Shown: piece after piece, positions 1 through 14,833 of the stretch
Layout: the number at the start of each line of letters is the position of its first letter
Numbering within the stretch: the stretch's first letter is position 1
NCBI GenBank assembly: GCA_964016885.1
Contig: OZ024743.1
Coordinates: 376,464,001-376,528,000, forward strand
Length of the DNA: 64,000 nt
Direction of reading: 5' to 3'
DNA from: Eledone cirrhosa
Lineage: Eukaryota
The notes under the pieces: model-generated
The model's input: the letters and a program-made list of their open reading frames with translations, nothing else
What the model was told of the DNA's origin: nothing
Databases searched by the model: none
Program-made: the position numbers and the translations under genes

Positions 1-1452
1 CTCACATGATGATGTGGACCGACATCCTAAAGCCAAGCAAACGCACTGCCAACAACTTCCAGGCGTCTAACAATGGCATACCACCCTTGTATGGGCTCCG
101 CAAAGACTTGGTACGAGTGATGAAGAACGTGTCCCGCATGTGCGACCCAACATAAATGGAAATACACATCCAACACTTCATCAACCGCATGCAGTTCTCT
201 GGCTACAACCAAAGAGACAGAATCAGAGTATACGAAGGAGCCACGGAGAAGTATAAGACCCTCATAGAACTGGATATGAAAGGAATTTGCCCATTATACA
301 GGAGCAAATCATGGAATAGCTTAGATAGGACTAGACATAAGATAGGGAAAGCCACCTCATGGTACGACAACCAGAGATACCAGAGTGTGATGTTTGTGGA
401 CGCTACCCCTGGAGGGAAATTAGCTAACCAGTGTAGAAAGGCCCTGAGAAAGACCCACTTAAAGATTAAGGTGGTAGAAAAGCCAGGAACCACCATAAAA
501 TCCCTGATCAGCAAAACCTACCCTTTTAAGAAAACCCACTGTACTAATAGGAAATGTATCATATGTAAAGTAAACCCCCGGATAAACTGCGAAACTAGAA
601 ACGTAGTCTATAGCATAAGATGTAGAGAGGGTACTTGCAGAAACATGACAACAACATACATAGGCGAGACAGAACACTGGGGGGAACTAAAGGGAAAAAA
701 AAAAAACGATTCAGTACTATACGAACATGCCAGACAACAACACAACGGTAACATAGACAACATAGAAGTTAGAATAATATCTAAACATAGAAATGACCCA
801 GCAGATAGGCAAATCAGAGAGGCCAGCGAAATAGAACTTAGAAGGCCAAAGCTAAACAGAAAAAATGAATGGAATAACAACACCCAAACAAACAACACTG
901 ACCCAAGAGAAGAATAAATAAATAAATAAATAAATAAATACATACACAAGCACAATAACAACAAATACATATAAACGCACACTAGTAAACTAAGATAGAA
1001 TACATTAACCAATACACAGTCACCCAAACAAGAACACACATCAAACAAAACACTATAGACACATGCAAACGCATGCGCAGAGAAGACAACAAAATAAACT
1101 AATAAATAAATAAATAAACAGACTAAATAAAGATGGCGTAGGCATACAATGCAACGGGAGGAAACATAATAGCACCGCAAACAATGTTGCAGATGTGCAA
1201 CGAAAGAACTTTGATAGACTATATCTATGTGTTTGTGTCTATATTGTATCTGTATTTTTCACCGTTGGGCAGTCAATGGTAACATTGAGGACCGAATAAA
1301 TTAAATTAACCGATATAAAAGACACAGAAGCGAAAACAGTGAGTGTGTTCGGTTATTAATTCTGGCAATATTATTTCACAAATATGACCCTCCCCAACTA
1401 TAAAAATATTTGTTTCAACAGACGATTTCATATCAAAAACCTCACAAAACTA
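1..1452 (+). mobile_element. Defective Penelope-like element, same family as 24396-28698: internally deleted RT, GIY-YIG region, pLTR and tail
   Basis: 1-107 matches about 26174-26280, then jumps to about 27333 (about 1.05 kb of RT core missing). ORF 156-917 is nearly identical to the C-terminus of the 1246-aa ORF. The 3' UTR/pLTR matches 28170-28698. Ends in (TA)n. Confidence 0.92.
156..917 (+). pseudogene. PLE thumb/Zn-linker/GIY-YIG remnant
   Basis: VVYSIRC...YIGET motif. An in-frame 27-nt deletion removes the ARSIGERID segment. TAA at 153-155 replaces a GAA of the intact copy. Confidence 0.88.
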
Positions 1453-2000
1453 TATATATATATATATATATAATTGGTGTTGGATGCTTAAAGCGTCCGT
1501 ATGCGGTAAGCCGTATGAGCACTCGATGCCCTCGTAGAGCAGAGTATGATATCACAGAAAAAGTATTGCCAAGCGAGCTTCTTAACCATTCAGCCATGTT
1601 GTGTCGACGTAGAATCGAGACGTATCCGAGGACCGCGCGATTTCAGAGTCAGGTTTGATCACCATATCGATCGTGCCTCGAGCTGGTCGCCCGAGAAACA
1701 ATTGTAATATGTCCAATAAATTCCTTTCGTCGCAACACTGATTCTTTTTTTTTCTGTGATATATATATATATATAATAGAACGTGAGTTTTTTTTTATAA
1801 AATGATTAAAAAAAACCGAGGTGTCCTACACCAGTGAAAGTATGAGGAAAAAAGATGAAATCGAAAATGCAACTGGAGTCTTTTTATTTTTAAATATGTA
1901 TTTATTTGGTCCCTTTACTGGTTTCGCACTTCTTCTGCTTTTCAAGAGTAGAATTTAGATGGAGGGTTGTGGTTTTTCTCATATATATATATATATATAT

Positions 2001-2065
2001 AGGAACCAGTAAGACCCCCGACAGCTGAGCTCAAGCCGTTTCGACGGCTAATTCTGGACTAATTC
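2001..2065 (-). repeat. Fragment of short TA-inserted element (half-hammerhead family)
   Basis: Same sequence at 9883-10088, 47450-47580, 47948-48151, 48781-48899, 53675-53863. Confidence 0.8.
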
Positions 2066-2070
2066 TATTA

Positions 2071-2120
<50 letters not shown>

Positions 2121-2397
2121 TAATAGAATCATTTGATAAAATATATACACTATTTCCTCTCCCAATTAGCATAATTAACGACATAAAAAATCAATTAGAC
2201 CAGGCTATAAGAGTAAAGGCTCCTATGAAGAAATATTTGATAAATAAACGAAAGCAGCCTCTTCGCGGCTGACCGCAATAGAATATTTACCCAACATTTC
2301 AACAGCATGTAGAAATCGACTAAATATACCGTCAACCATATACAATTAGGTATACATTTAAAGTTAGAAGAAATGCGTATACTCTTGCCGTGATTGT

Positions 2398-2476
2398 GTC
2401 CCTACCCTGGGGTTTCGTTCGCGTTTTGAGATAGCCTATTAAGGATAAATCTCGAGTATCGAACTCATCAGGAGAC
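2398..2476 (-). ncRNA. Type I hammerhead ribozyme in TA-flanked element (about 2120-2577)
   Basis: Minus strand: gtctc CTGATGA gttcg..cgaac GAAA ccc ca ggg TA gggac. Stems I, II and III all pair. Confidence 0.85.
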
Positions 2477-2573
2477 AAACTCTTAGGGCAGTTAATTTTC
2501 CAAAGAAATCCTCGCCAGAAATAGATTAAAAAATGGCTAAGAATCGTGACTTGGCAGTGGTCAAGTTAGAAAG

Positions 2574-2653
<80 letters not shown>

Positions 2654-2665
2654 GTATATATATAC

Positions 2666-2789
<124 letters not shown>

Positions 2790-2909
2790 TAATACAAATT
2801 TGGTATAAATTTCCGAGAGTAAGAGCACTCAGTCCGTAGGACGAGTTAAGTAACTAGTTATATATACAAACATGCATACATACATACATAAATACATACA
2901 TACATACAT

Positions 2910-3248
2910 GATGGCTGCCCACTCGTTATCGAGTATGGCCTTTGCACGATATACCATTATTAATAATTATCAATTAATTCTATCGTGCAATGCCTGTGCG
3001 CGAAGATATTTTTAAAGTGAGAAAAGACTGTGCACTGAGCCAATCCCACTCTCTGAGCGACAGTAGCTATAATCCGAAAAGAAGAAAAGATCAACATCAT
3101 CGGTAACTACTGAGCTGCAGGTTTTACATCGGAGTTATCCCAGTTTCCTGAGTTGCCTTCTCCTAGAAGAATACCCTGACAAAGGCTATGGGTCCTTCAC
3201 TCCCAGTGGTTTAAATGCGCGATCGGATATCCAGCCTATATCCCTGCG
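2910..3248. mobile_element. Dispersed repeat, possibly RTE-LINE 5'UTR/SINE-related
   Basis: 2910-3150 recurs inverted at about 61585-61822. 3146-3248 recurs directly at about 61360-61475. Confidence 0.65.
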
Positions 3249-3361
3249 CATATACATACACATGTACATGTGTACATACATACATACATACATACATACA
3301 TACATACATACATACATACATACATACATGTATAATCAGTTTATCGAAAAATGGTGCTTGC

Positions 3362-3438
3362 TGGATGTCCACAAAGTCACTAGACAATTTTATACAAATA
3401 GATATATCAAATTGTCTAGTGACTTTGTGGACACCCAT
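3362..3438. mobile_element. Tc1/mariner-type MITE (hairpin)
   Basis: tgtccacaaagtcactagacaattt / aaattgtctagtgactttgtggaca inverted repeat, followed by TA. Confidence 0.7.
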
Positions 3439-3801
3439 ATATATATATATAAACATATATATATATATATATATATAGTATGCTAGGGAAAGGATCAGGG
3501 GTGTATAACACTCCACTTATCCAGCAGGCAGTATGAGGTTAGCTCAATGTCTGAGGACAGAGCCGTAATATAATAAGTGCCTTCGTGGGCCCCTGATGTT
3601 TTCAAGAAATGTATTTTGAAAAATTGGTCAAGTGATACACATAACTGTGACATTTAGTGCCTTCGTGGGCCCCTGATATATTCAAGAGATATATTCTAAA
3701 AAAATATATATCTTATCTCAATTTACTTTATTTCATTTTATTTTATTTCATTTCATGTTATCTAATTTTATTTATTTACTTACTTGACTCCATTTATTTA
3801 C

Positions 3802-3844
<43 letters not shown>

Positions 3845-3920
3845 TATTTAAATTTAGATTTTAATTTTAAAATTTTAAAATTTTAATTTTAATTTTATTT
3901 ATTTATTTAATTTTTAATTT

Positions 3921-3952
<32 letters not shown>

Positions 3953-4563
3953 TTACATTTAATTACATTTAATTATACATATAATTATAATTACACATTT
4001 GATTTTAATTTTAATTTAGTCTATGTTATTTGATTTTAGTTTACCTTATTTTATCTTATTTTACGATTATACTATATTATGTTCTATGTATATAATTTTT
4101 AATTTTTAATTGTATATTATTTTATCTCATTCCTTACCCTATATTTTATATTTTATATGTAAGTTTGTTATGTATTTCTTTGTATTTCTTTTTATATATA
4201 TTATAAGTCTGTTTTTTACCTATTTTTTACCTATTTTTTACCTATTTTTTACCTATTTTTTACCTATTTTTTACCTATTTTTTACCTACTCTTACCTAAT
4301 CCCATTATCTTATCTACTCTTGTCTGTTCTCTTATCCATGTGTCTACTCTTGTCTGTTCTCTTATCCATGTGTATGCTTGTATGTAACTATATGTTGACA
4401 GCACACCGCCCAACTGTGACAGATAGCACCCCTTATTTTTATTTTTATTTTTATTTTCACTTTTATTTTTATTTACTTTTTATTCTTATCCTCTATCGTC
4501 TATTATTACCTTTCATTCTTCAATGTCTTGGATTTGTTATTGCTTGTATGGTATGTAATTAAC

Positions 4564-4621
4564 CTTTATGCTCTGATGAGTCCCACTTATAGTGTGGATG
4601 AAACAATGTTAGCAAGTAAAG
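4564..4621 (+). ncRNA. Minimal hammerhead ribozyme, 5' pLTR
   Basis: ctttatgct CTGATGA gtcccac ttata gtgtggat GAAA c aat g TT agca-a-gtaaag. Confidence 0.8.
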
Positions 4622-4827
4622 ATATGCATATGCTATAAGCGTTCTTTGTTATTTATTTATTATATTACGGCTCTGTCCTCAGACATTGAGCTAACCTCAT
4701 ACTGCCTGCTGGATAAGTGGAGTGTTATACACCCCTGATCCTTTCCCTAGCATACTATACGGCTCCCACTGGTTGAGCTTAAACTTTGATATACGCGGAT
4801 TTGCGTCCTTGTATATTATCAGGCAGT

Positions 4828-7318
4828 ATGCTAACAAAGACATACTTACCCATTTCCTTGAAGAATATTCCCACCCACCCCTAAAATCTCGTATGAGAAA
4901 TCATTGATAACTAGCATAAACTCATTCGTAAAACGTGTTCGGTGGCGTGCGTTCCACTTTGATAAGAGGTATGATAGCCCTGAGGAGAGGCGTAGTTTTA
5001 ATAATTATGGATTTAAGACCTATAGGAGCCCCCCGCATAATAGCCTGTTGGATAACTTCGAAAGTGAGCTATTATCCCTTGTTAGGAATATTAGATATAA
5101 AAAATCTAGATGTACCAATAAATTTCAGAGTAAACTAAGTTCAATCGTTAGGGACTTTAGGGATAATAAATCCATTCTGGTCCCCTCTGACAAAACTAAA
5201 AACTTATATAGTATGGATTATAAAACCTATCGAGGCTTCATTTATAATGAACTACATAGGAACTACAAAAAAACAACGCAGAGTAATTTAGATAATATTA
5301 ATCTGGAGGGGTATAACATAGTGGTAAAATTAGGTCTGGATAAACACACTCAGCCTTATTACCCCAGGCAGCCTAGATTCACCCTCAAGGACCACAAGGA
5401 AGATTTTATTAGCAGACCCTCGGTTAGGCTTATCTGCCCCTCCAAGTCTGACCTGGGGATTATTAGTAAGGGAATCTTGGATAGCGTTATTCCCCTGGTT
5501 AGAGAAAAAACTTTCCTTGAGCTTTGGGGTAACACTAGTGAGGTCATTACATGGTTCTCTACTGATTGTGGTCGTGACTCACTAAAATTCATCCAATTTG
5601 ATATTGATGCTTATTATACATCTATATCTCCTATTATCCTCAATAAGGCCCTCATCCTAGCCATGCGGAGGGGGGCAATTACTAGGCCACAGATAGATAT
5701 TGTTCTCGCTGCACGTAAAACCATTATTATGTTTGAGGATAATCTATGGACGAGAAAAAACACACCTGATAATTTTGACATCACTATGGGGTCGAGTGAC
5801 TCTGCTCAAGTCACTGACTTGGTTGGACTATACCTCCTCAATGAACTGCATAGTAACTTCCCTTTCCTTAGGGGTGGGTTGTACCGAGATGACGCCCTAC
5901 TCTCCATAGATACTAGTAAGTATAATATAGAGCGCATTAGGAAAAAGCTGCATAGCTTTTTTAAAACTTTTAACCTATCCATTACAATGGATGTAAATGA
6001 TAGAACTGTGAACTTCCTAGATGTTACACTGGACCTGGATAACCATACGTACACACCGTACCATAAGCCCAATGAATTGCTGACTTACGTGAATACCTAC
6101 TCCAACCACCCTAGGTCTGTCATCAGCGGTATACTGAAGGGCGTATCTAATAGAATAAGTTCACTCTCACATAGTGAGGAGGCGTTTGACTCGCAGGCTG
6201 ATTACTATAACGACGCCTTAGCTAGATCCGGCTTTAGGGACAAATTGTATTACACCCAGGGAAATAATGGTCCTAATAGTGGCTCTACCAGTGTTGTTAT
6301 AACACATAATATGTCCATTGGTAATCGAGGTGTCGCGAATGGGAGGGTTCTAAATGCCGGTGGAATGAAACAGCAGGGCACCATTAGTCTAAGTAATAAC
6401 AATAGAGGTGTCGTGAACGGGAGGTTTCTAGATGCCGGTGGAATGAACCAGCAGGGCACCATTGGTATAAGTAATAGCAATGGTGGGCCTCGCAGCTCCC
6501 CGCATGGACTAGGTGAGCATAGGAACCGTAGAAACAATAATGCTAATAATACTGATGGAAATAGAAAGAATAAAAAGAATAGAAGAAGATTGAATACATA
6601 CTTCAACCCCCCTCTTAATTCTGAAGTGGCTACAAATATTCCTAGGGCCTTCTTCTCTGTGCTAGAACGGAACTTCCCTCCTGGTAATAGGTACCACTCT
6701 ATCCTCAATAAGAATGTTGTTAAACTTTCATATTCTACAACCCAAAATCTAGCCTCTCATCTGGCCATTACTAATAATAAGAAAATAAAGGAAGGCCTGG
6801 ACAACCTAAGCCTAGGGGAAAACACGGTAGTGGATAGAGTGGGCAGTGACACTGGTGGTGATCTTTCTGAGAATAGCATCACCAGAGGTTGTAACTGTAG
6901 AAGGGCTTCGGGCTGCCCCCTGAATGGTTTCTGCCTTGTTAGAAACATAGTTTATGCGTGTGATGTGGTAACTACGGCGTCCACTATGACCTATATAGGA
7001 TCAACTTCCACCCCCTTTAAGACCAGGTTTAACTCTCATCAATGCACTTTTAGACATAATAAACTGAAGAACTCCACCTCCTTGGCAGCGTACGTCCATA
7101 ATTTAAAAAATGCACGGACACCTTACACACTTACTTGGCGGCAGGTTGCCAAATCCCATCCATATACTCCTCATAGTAGAGTATGCAACCTGTGCCTTGC
7201 CGAATCCCACTCTATTATATTTGCTAAATGCCCTCTACTAAATAGAAAGTCTGAAATTTTTTCCTCTTGCCCCCACCGAATATTAAGCTCTTTCTTCTAC
7301 TTTAAACCTGTTAGCTAG
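4828..7318 (+). CDS. PLE reverse transcriptase-GIY-YIG endonuclease (Naiad-like); ATG 4828 with a frameshift near 4870-4881, open 4904-7318
   Basis: RT motifs QFDIDAYY, MGSSDSA, YRDD, FLDVTL. CNCxxxxxCP linker, IVY/YIG, CNLC, LLN, CPH. Clade assignment is from motif recall. Confidence 0.9.
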
Positions 7319-8434
7319 CACGTCCTTATTCCTCCAGTTGGGCTGTCTTGTGTAACTGTCTCTGACTGAGTGTAACTGTCTCCTAATGTTGGTCGTCTAT
7401 GTATACGAGTCTGTGAATGTATACGTATGCCTGTGGGAGGATATTGATCTTGATATTGGGGTGTGCAGGGGAGTGTATGTTAATAAGCACCCCTGTTTGG
7501 TACAGTGGATGTAACCCATCCACGCTGGCCTACCCACCATTAGTGCATTGGTGGACCTATCCTGACGTATATCTTGTTGATTTGTACCTCTGTATGCGCA
7601 TGAGTTGTGATGTAATGTATTTATGTAAAGCGTGTACTGTGATTTAGGCTGCACTAGTAGAAATTTAGCCTGTAACTGTGGCGGACCCGAGCCATCCTGC
7701 CGTAAGCAGTGGATACGTGGCGCATATATGTGTTGCCCTCATATTCCGTGGTTCAAGATCTACAGGCTGACCTCTGGGAACTCTTACCCGGGGTTGTAGT
7801 CTTTCTAGCACGATCGGCCTTCCTTATATTGACGGTCGTTTTTATGATCCCGAAAGTAACGTTTTGGCCCCGATGGCCCTCCGTAGTTACTAACGGTCTG
7901 TGTACACTGGAATCGGTCAATGGCACGTGCAGACATGAATATCTCCGTAGGATTTCAACTGTATTTTAATACATCTCATCGTATGTATTTGTTTTGAATA
8001 TATTACCTGTGGTGGTGGGTCTGATCTAATGTGGTATTTCGGTGTTTAATATTTAATATTGTATTTAATATCGTATTTAATATCGACTTTGACCCGGGTA
8101 TCCTACGCTGTGTGTGTGGGCGTGTGTGCCCGTGTATACATTTATATGTCTATGGGTGTAGGTGGTTATATGTGTCTGTGTGTATATATATAAAAAAAAA
8201 TATATATATATATATATGTATACCGTCTCTGCATGTGCATGTGGTGTGTATACGTGCATATACGTACTGAACATATTGATGTGTACAATCTTGTGATGTC
8301 CCAATGCGGTGACTTAATGGCTTTTATATTTTGTATTTTGTATGCGCTACAACTGTATCTGCTTGCTTTAACCAAACGCTTGCATGTGAATTCTTCTACC
8401 TCCTTTGATGCACCTTTCTGACCATTTGACTCCT

Positions 8435-8795
8435 GCCCGTGTTGAACCGGTTTGTGATTACCCCACCGCTCGAGTGATACTGGTGACTGTGACACTTAGC
8501 GCCTTCGTGGGCCCCTGATGTTCTCAAGAAATATATTTTTAAAAAATTGGTGTGTGAACCGGTTTGTGATTACCCCACCGCTCAACTGTGTGAATGCACA
8601 CCCATGACTTTCGAGTGAACTTTCGAGACTGCCCAACCTGGGACGCCTCCATTGCCTTGCAATGGTCAAGTGATACTGGTGACTGTGACACTTAGTGCCT
8701 TCGTGGGCCCCTGATGTTTTCAAGAAATGTATTTTGAAAAATTGGTCAAGTGATACACATAACTGTGACATTTAGTGCCTTCGTGGGCCCCTGAT
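8435..8795 (+). repeat. Imperfect subrepeats at pLTR start
   Basis: gccttcgtgggcccctgat x3, aaccggtttgtgattaccccaccgctc x2. Confidence 0.8.
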
Positions 8796-8919
8796 ATATT
8801 CAAGAGATATATTCTAAAAAAATATATATCTTATCTCAATTTACTTTATTTCATTTTATTTTATTTCATTTCATGTTATCTAATTTTATTTATTTACTTA
8901 CTTGACTCCATTTATTTAC

Positions 8920-8958
<39 letters not shown>

Positions 8959-9034
8959 TATTTAAATTTAGATTTTAATTTTAAAATTTTAAAATTTAAA
9001 TTTAAATTTTATTTATTTATTTAATTTTTAATTT

Positions 9035-9066
<32 letters not shown>

Positions 9067-9655
9067 TTACATTTAATTACATTTAATTATACATATAATT
9101 ATAATTACACATTTGATTTTAATTTTAATTTAGTCTATGTTATTTGATTTTAGTTTACCTTATTTTATCTTATTTTACGATTATACTATATTATGTTCTA
9201 TGTATATAATTTTTAATTTTTAATTGTATATTATTTTATCTCATTCCTTACCCTATATTTTATATTTTATATGTAAGTTTGTTATGTATTTCTTTGTATT
9301 TCTTTTTATATATATTATAAGTCTGTTTTTTACCTATTTTTTACCTATTTTTTACCTATTTTTTACCTATTTTTTACCTACTCTTACCTAATCCCATTAT
9401 CTTATCTACTCTTGTCCGTTCTCTTATCCATGTGTCTACTCTTGTCTGTTCTCTTATCCATGTGTATGCTTGTATGTAACTATATGTTGACAGCACACCG
9501 CCCAACTGTGACAGATAGCACCCCTTATTTTTATTTTTATTTTTATTTTCACTTTTATTTTTATTTACTTTTTATTCTTATCCTCTATCGTCTATTATTA
9601 CCTTTCATTCTTCAATGTCTTGGATTTGTTATTGCTTGTATGGTATGTAATTAAC

Positions 9656-9713
9656 CTTTATGCTCTGATGAGTCCCACTTATAGTGTGGATGAAACAATG
9701 TTAGCAAGTAAAG
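9656..9713 (+). ncRNA. Minimal hammerhead ribozyme, 3' pLTR
   Basis: Identical to 4564-4621. Confidence 0.8.
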
Positions 9714-9749
9714 ATATGCATATGCTATAAGCGTTCTTTGTTATTTATT

Positions 9750-10121
<372 letters not shown>

Positions 10122-10125
<4 letters not shown>

Positions 10126-11659
10126 AAGGTTTAGCAAATAATGAAAAAGTTTCAAAATAAATTTTAAAAAATTGACTTTACCTACTATAGTTACCTTTAC
10201 CGATCGGTTTCGAATCCCAAAAATAAAACGGAGACCATACGGCCTTCGTTGCAAAGAAAGATTCTCGTCAGAAGGTTCTTTTCATTCAAAGAATATAAAA
10301 TTCCTGAATTTAAATCACAGACTAGCGCTATCAAAACTGTTCCCGGGATGAGAGTGGATGATGTAGAAACAGGTTTATCAAGGGCCGAAGCAAAGATAGA
10401 GGCAGAAGGAGGTAGGTCAAACAAGCCACAGCTATCGCTAGCAGCAGTCAGAACGACCAAATTTGTTCTCAACATTAGTGGAGGTAGTAGTAATAGGATA
10501 TGAGTTCCTTCACGCACAAGGCGCTAAGGTACGCATGTATTGTCCAACCAAATGCCAGTGTGGTTCAATGGCGGGTTAATAAATTAACGAGCCAGAACAA
10601 ATATAAACAAGCTTTAGAAAATAATGAAAAAGTTTCAAAATAAATTTTAAAAAATTGACTTTACCTACTATTGTTACCTTTACCGATCGGTTTCGAATCC
10701 CAAAAATAAAACGGAGACCATACGGCCTTCGTTGCAAAGAAAGATTCTCGTCAGAAGGTTCTTTTCATTCAAAGAATATAAAATTCCTGAATTTAAATCA
10801 CAGACTAGCGCTATCAAAACTGTTCCCGGGATGAGAGTGGATGATGTAGAAACAGGTTTATCAAGGGCCGAAGCAAAGATAGAGGCAGAAGGAGGTAGGT
10901 CAAACAAGCCACAGCTATCGCTAGCAGCAGTCAGAACGACTTAATTTGTTCTCAACATTAGTGGAGGTAGTAGTAATAGGATATGAGTTCCTTCACGCAC
11001 AAGGCGCTAAGGTACGCATGTATTGTCCAACCAAATGCCAGTGTGGTTCAATGGCGGGTTAATAAATTAACGAGCCAGAACAAATATAAACAAGCTTTAG
11101 CAAATAATGAAAAAGTTTCAAAATAAATTTTAAAAAATTGACTTTACCTACTATAGTTACCTTTACCGATCGGTTTCGAATCCCAAAAATAAAACGGAGA
11201 CCATACGGCCTTCGTTGCAAAGAAAGATTCTCGTCAGAAGGTTCTTTTCATTCAAAGAATATAAAATTCCTGAATTTAAATCACAGACTAGCGCTATCAA
11301 AACTGTTCCCGGGATGAGAGTGGATGATGTAGAAACAGGTTTATCAAGGGCCGAAGCAAAGATAGAGGCAGAAGGAGGTAGGTCAAACCAGCCACAGCTA
11401 TCGCTAGCAGCAGTCAGAACGACCAAATTTGTTCTCAACATTAGTGGAGGTAGTAGTAATAGGATATGAGTTCCTTCACGCACAAGGCACTAAGGTACGC
11501 ATGTATTGTCCAACCAATTAAAATTTATTTTGAAACTTTTTCATTATTTGCTAAACCTTGTTTATATTTGTTCTGGCTCGTTAATTTATTAACCCGCCAT
11601 TGAACCACACTGGCATTTGGTTGGACAATACATGCGTACATGTGAAGGAACTCATATCC

Positions 11660-11663
<4 letters not shown>
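10122..11663 (-). mobile_element. 483-bp tandem hammerhead repeat (about 2.9 units) with terminal inversion (11518-11663); retrozyme-like
   Basis: Units start at 10122, 10605 and 11088. One HHR per unit. (TA)n on both sides. Confidence 0.9.
10193..10276 (-). ncRNA. Type I hammerhead ribozyme (copies at 10676-10759, 11159-11242, 16123-16206, 16633-16716)
   Basis: acctt CTGACGA gaatc..gattc GAAA ccgatcgg TA aaggt. Palindromic stem III. Confidence 0.9.
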
Positions 11664-11709
<46 letters not shown>

Positions 11710-11737
11710 ATCAAAAGATGGTTAAAAGAGTTCCATA

Positions 11738-11808
11738 TATTTTATTATGCGCATTTCAAAAACAAATATCATCATTGGATGATATTTGTGTTCTCATCAG
11801 ATGAAATA
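11738..11808 (-). ncRNA. Type I hammerhead ribozyme
   Basis: tatttcat CTGATGA gaacacaaatatcatc..gatgatatttgttttt GAAA tgcgca TA ataaaata. Confidence 0.82.
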
Positions 11809-11859
11809 GGGAGACATGATATGAAGCTTAAAAAACACTTGCGAGCAGTGAAGTGTTAA

Positions 11860-11967
<108 letters not shown>

Positions 11968-11968
11968 C

Positions 11969-12910
11969 TACATATATAAGTATGTACACGTACATACATA
12001 TATGTATACAGACATACAGTAGTATGTATATATATATACATATATGCACACATATATATATGTACGTATGGATTCACCGAACATTTATTATAATGCTCGG
12101 TGTGTTTGTAAACAAACATCCCGTATTAAGCCGTAGTGTCTAGCAACCATCGTTGCTCGTTTGTTCAACACTGACAAAGGAGCGCTGTACTAGATTCAAG
12201 CTTATTAGCTATCGTCAGCAACGTATTCCTACCTGCCAGATTGTTGAACGTCTGAAAGTATATACTTTCCTTATGCATATTAACGGCTGAGTAGCCCAAT
12301 TTGCATATCGAGTGGGTTAATCGGCCGTATACAGACGATTAATGTATACAGACATATGTATATATGTATACAGACATACTACTGTATGTCTGTATACATA
12401 TATGTATGTACGTGTACATATTTATATTTAAGTAACAGCCGTACTAAGAGTGGGAAAGGAAATTTCGTTTCATTTTTTCCGTTTATGGTTTCTGTGCACC
12501 CGGCCGATTAACCCACTCGATATGCAAATTGGGCTACTCAGCCGTTAATATGCATAAGGAAAGTATATACTTTCAGACGTTCAACAATCTGGCAGGAAGG
12601 TATACGTTGCTGACGATAGTTAATAAGCTTGAAACTAGTACAGCGTTCCTTTGCCAGTGTTGAACAAACGAGGAACGATGGTTGCTAGACACTACGGCTT
12701 AATACGGGATGTTTGTTTACAAACACACCGAGCATTATAATAAATGTTCGGTGAATCCATACGTACATATATATATGTGTGCGTGTATGTATATATATAT
12801 ATACATACTACTGTATGTCTGTATACATATATGTATGTACGTGTACATACTTATATTTAAGTAACAACCATACTAAGAGTGGGAAATGAAATTCCCTTCC
12901 ATTTTTTCAG
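11969..12910 (+). mobile_element. Non-coding hammerhead element with large inversion
   Basis: 11969-12327 is an inverted copy of about 12501-12857. Other copies at 17635-18103, 23940-24263, 41828-42016. Confidence 0.85.
12605..12645 (+). ncRNA. Minimal hammerhead ribozyme (inverted copy 12182-12222 has GAAT; another copy at 24206-24246, minus)
   Basis: cgttg CTGACGA tagtt aata agctt GAAA ctag TA cagcg. Confidence 0.85.
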
Positions 12911-12913
12911 TCT

Positions 12914-14218
<1,305 letters not shown>

Positions 14219-14262
14219 ATATATATATATATATAGGTGTGTGTATATATATATATATATAT

Positions 14263-14313
14263 ACACATTTTTATTTGAATACTGTTGAAGTGTGTATACA
14301 CTTTTGGGACACC

Positions 14314-14357
<44 letters not shown>

Positions 14358-14432
14358 GGTGTCCCAAAAGTGTATACACACTTCAACAGTATTCAAATAA
14401 AAATGTGTATACAGTTTTTGTAACACGCTGTA
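14263..14432. mobile_element. Tc1/mariner-type MITE (about 80 bp) plus inverted partial copy
   Basis: TIR tacagggtgtcccaaaa. Related copy at 30690-30770. Confidence 0.75.
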
Positions 14433-14833
14433 TATATATAGTAATAGCAGAAAAGGCACATAGTTACATAAGGCGAACAGACAGATCCATCTTTAGCTCA
14501 TCTCACTGGAGTGCAACAGATTGATGAGCTGTTCTGCTGGTCAGATGCATGTGAGAAATACAATGAGATCCGTAGCATTGATCAAGTTGATTTCTATATA
14601 GGACGGATTCGCAGTATTACCTCCCTTTCCTGTCGACTGAACTTCTCTAAAATAGAGTTAGGGTCTTACTGTTGCATGGATTTAATCTCTATTAATTTTT
14701 CTGCTTCACACGCACACACACACATACACACACACAACCCCCCCCCCACACACAAACACACATACACATACACACACATATACACACGCACATATACATA
14801 CGCCACACACACATGCGCACACATATATATATG

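Noticed and set aside
1908-1952. Minus-strand TTGAAAA-gca..tgc-GAAA ccag TA as a second U3-A8 hammerhead
   Set aside because: Stem I does not pair convincingly
4859-4861. In-frame TGA upstream of ORF as selenocysteine codon
   Set aside because: The conserved SLKNIP lies in another frame, so a frameshift explains it better
10197-11483. 84-106 aa ORFs in the 483-bp unit
   Set aside because: Non-ATG starts, a stop in unit 2, no recognisable domain
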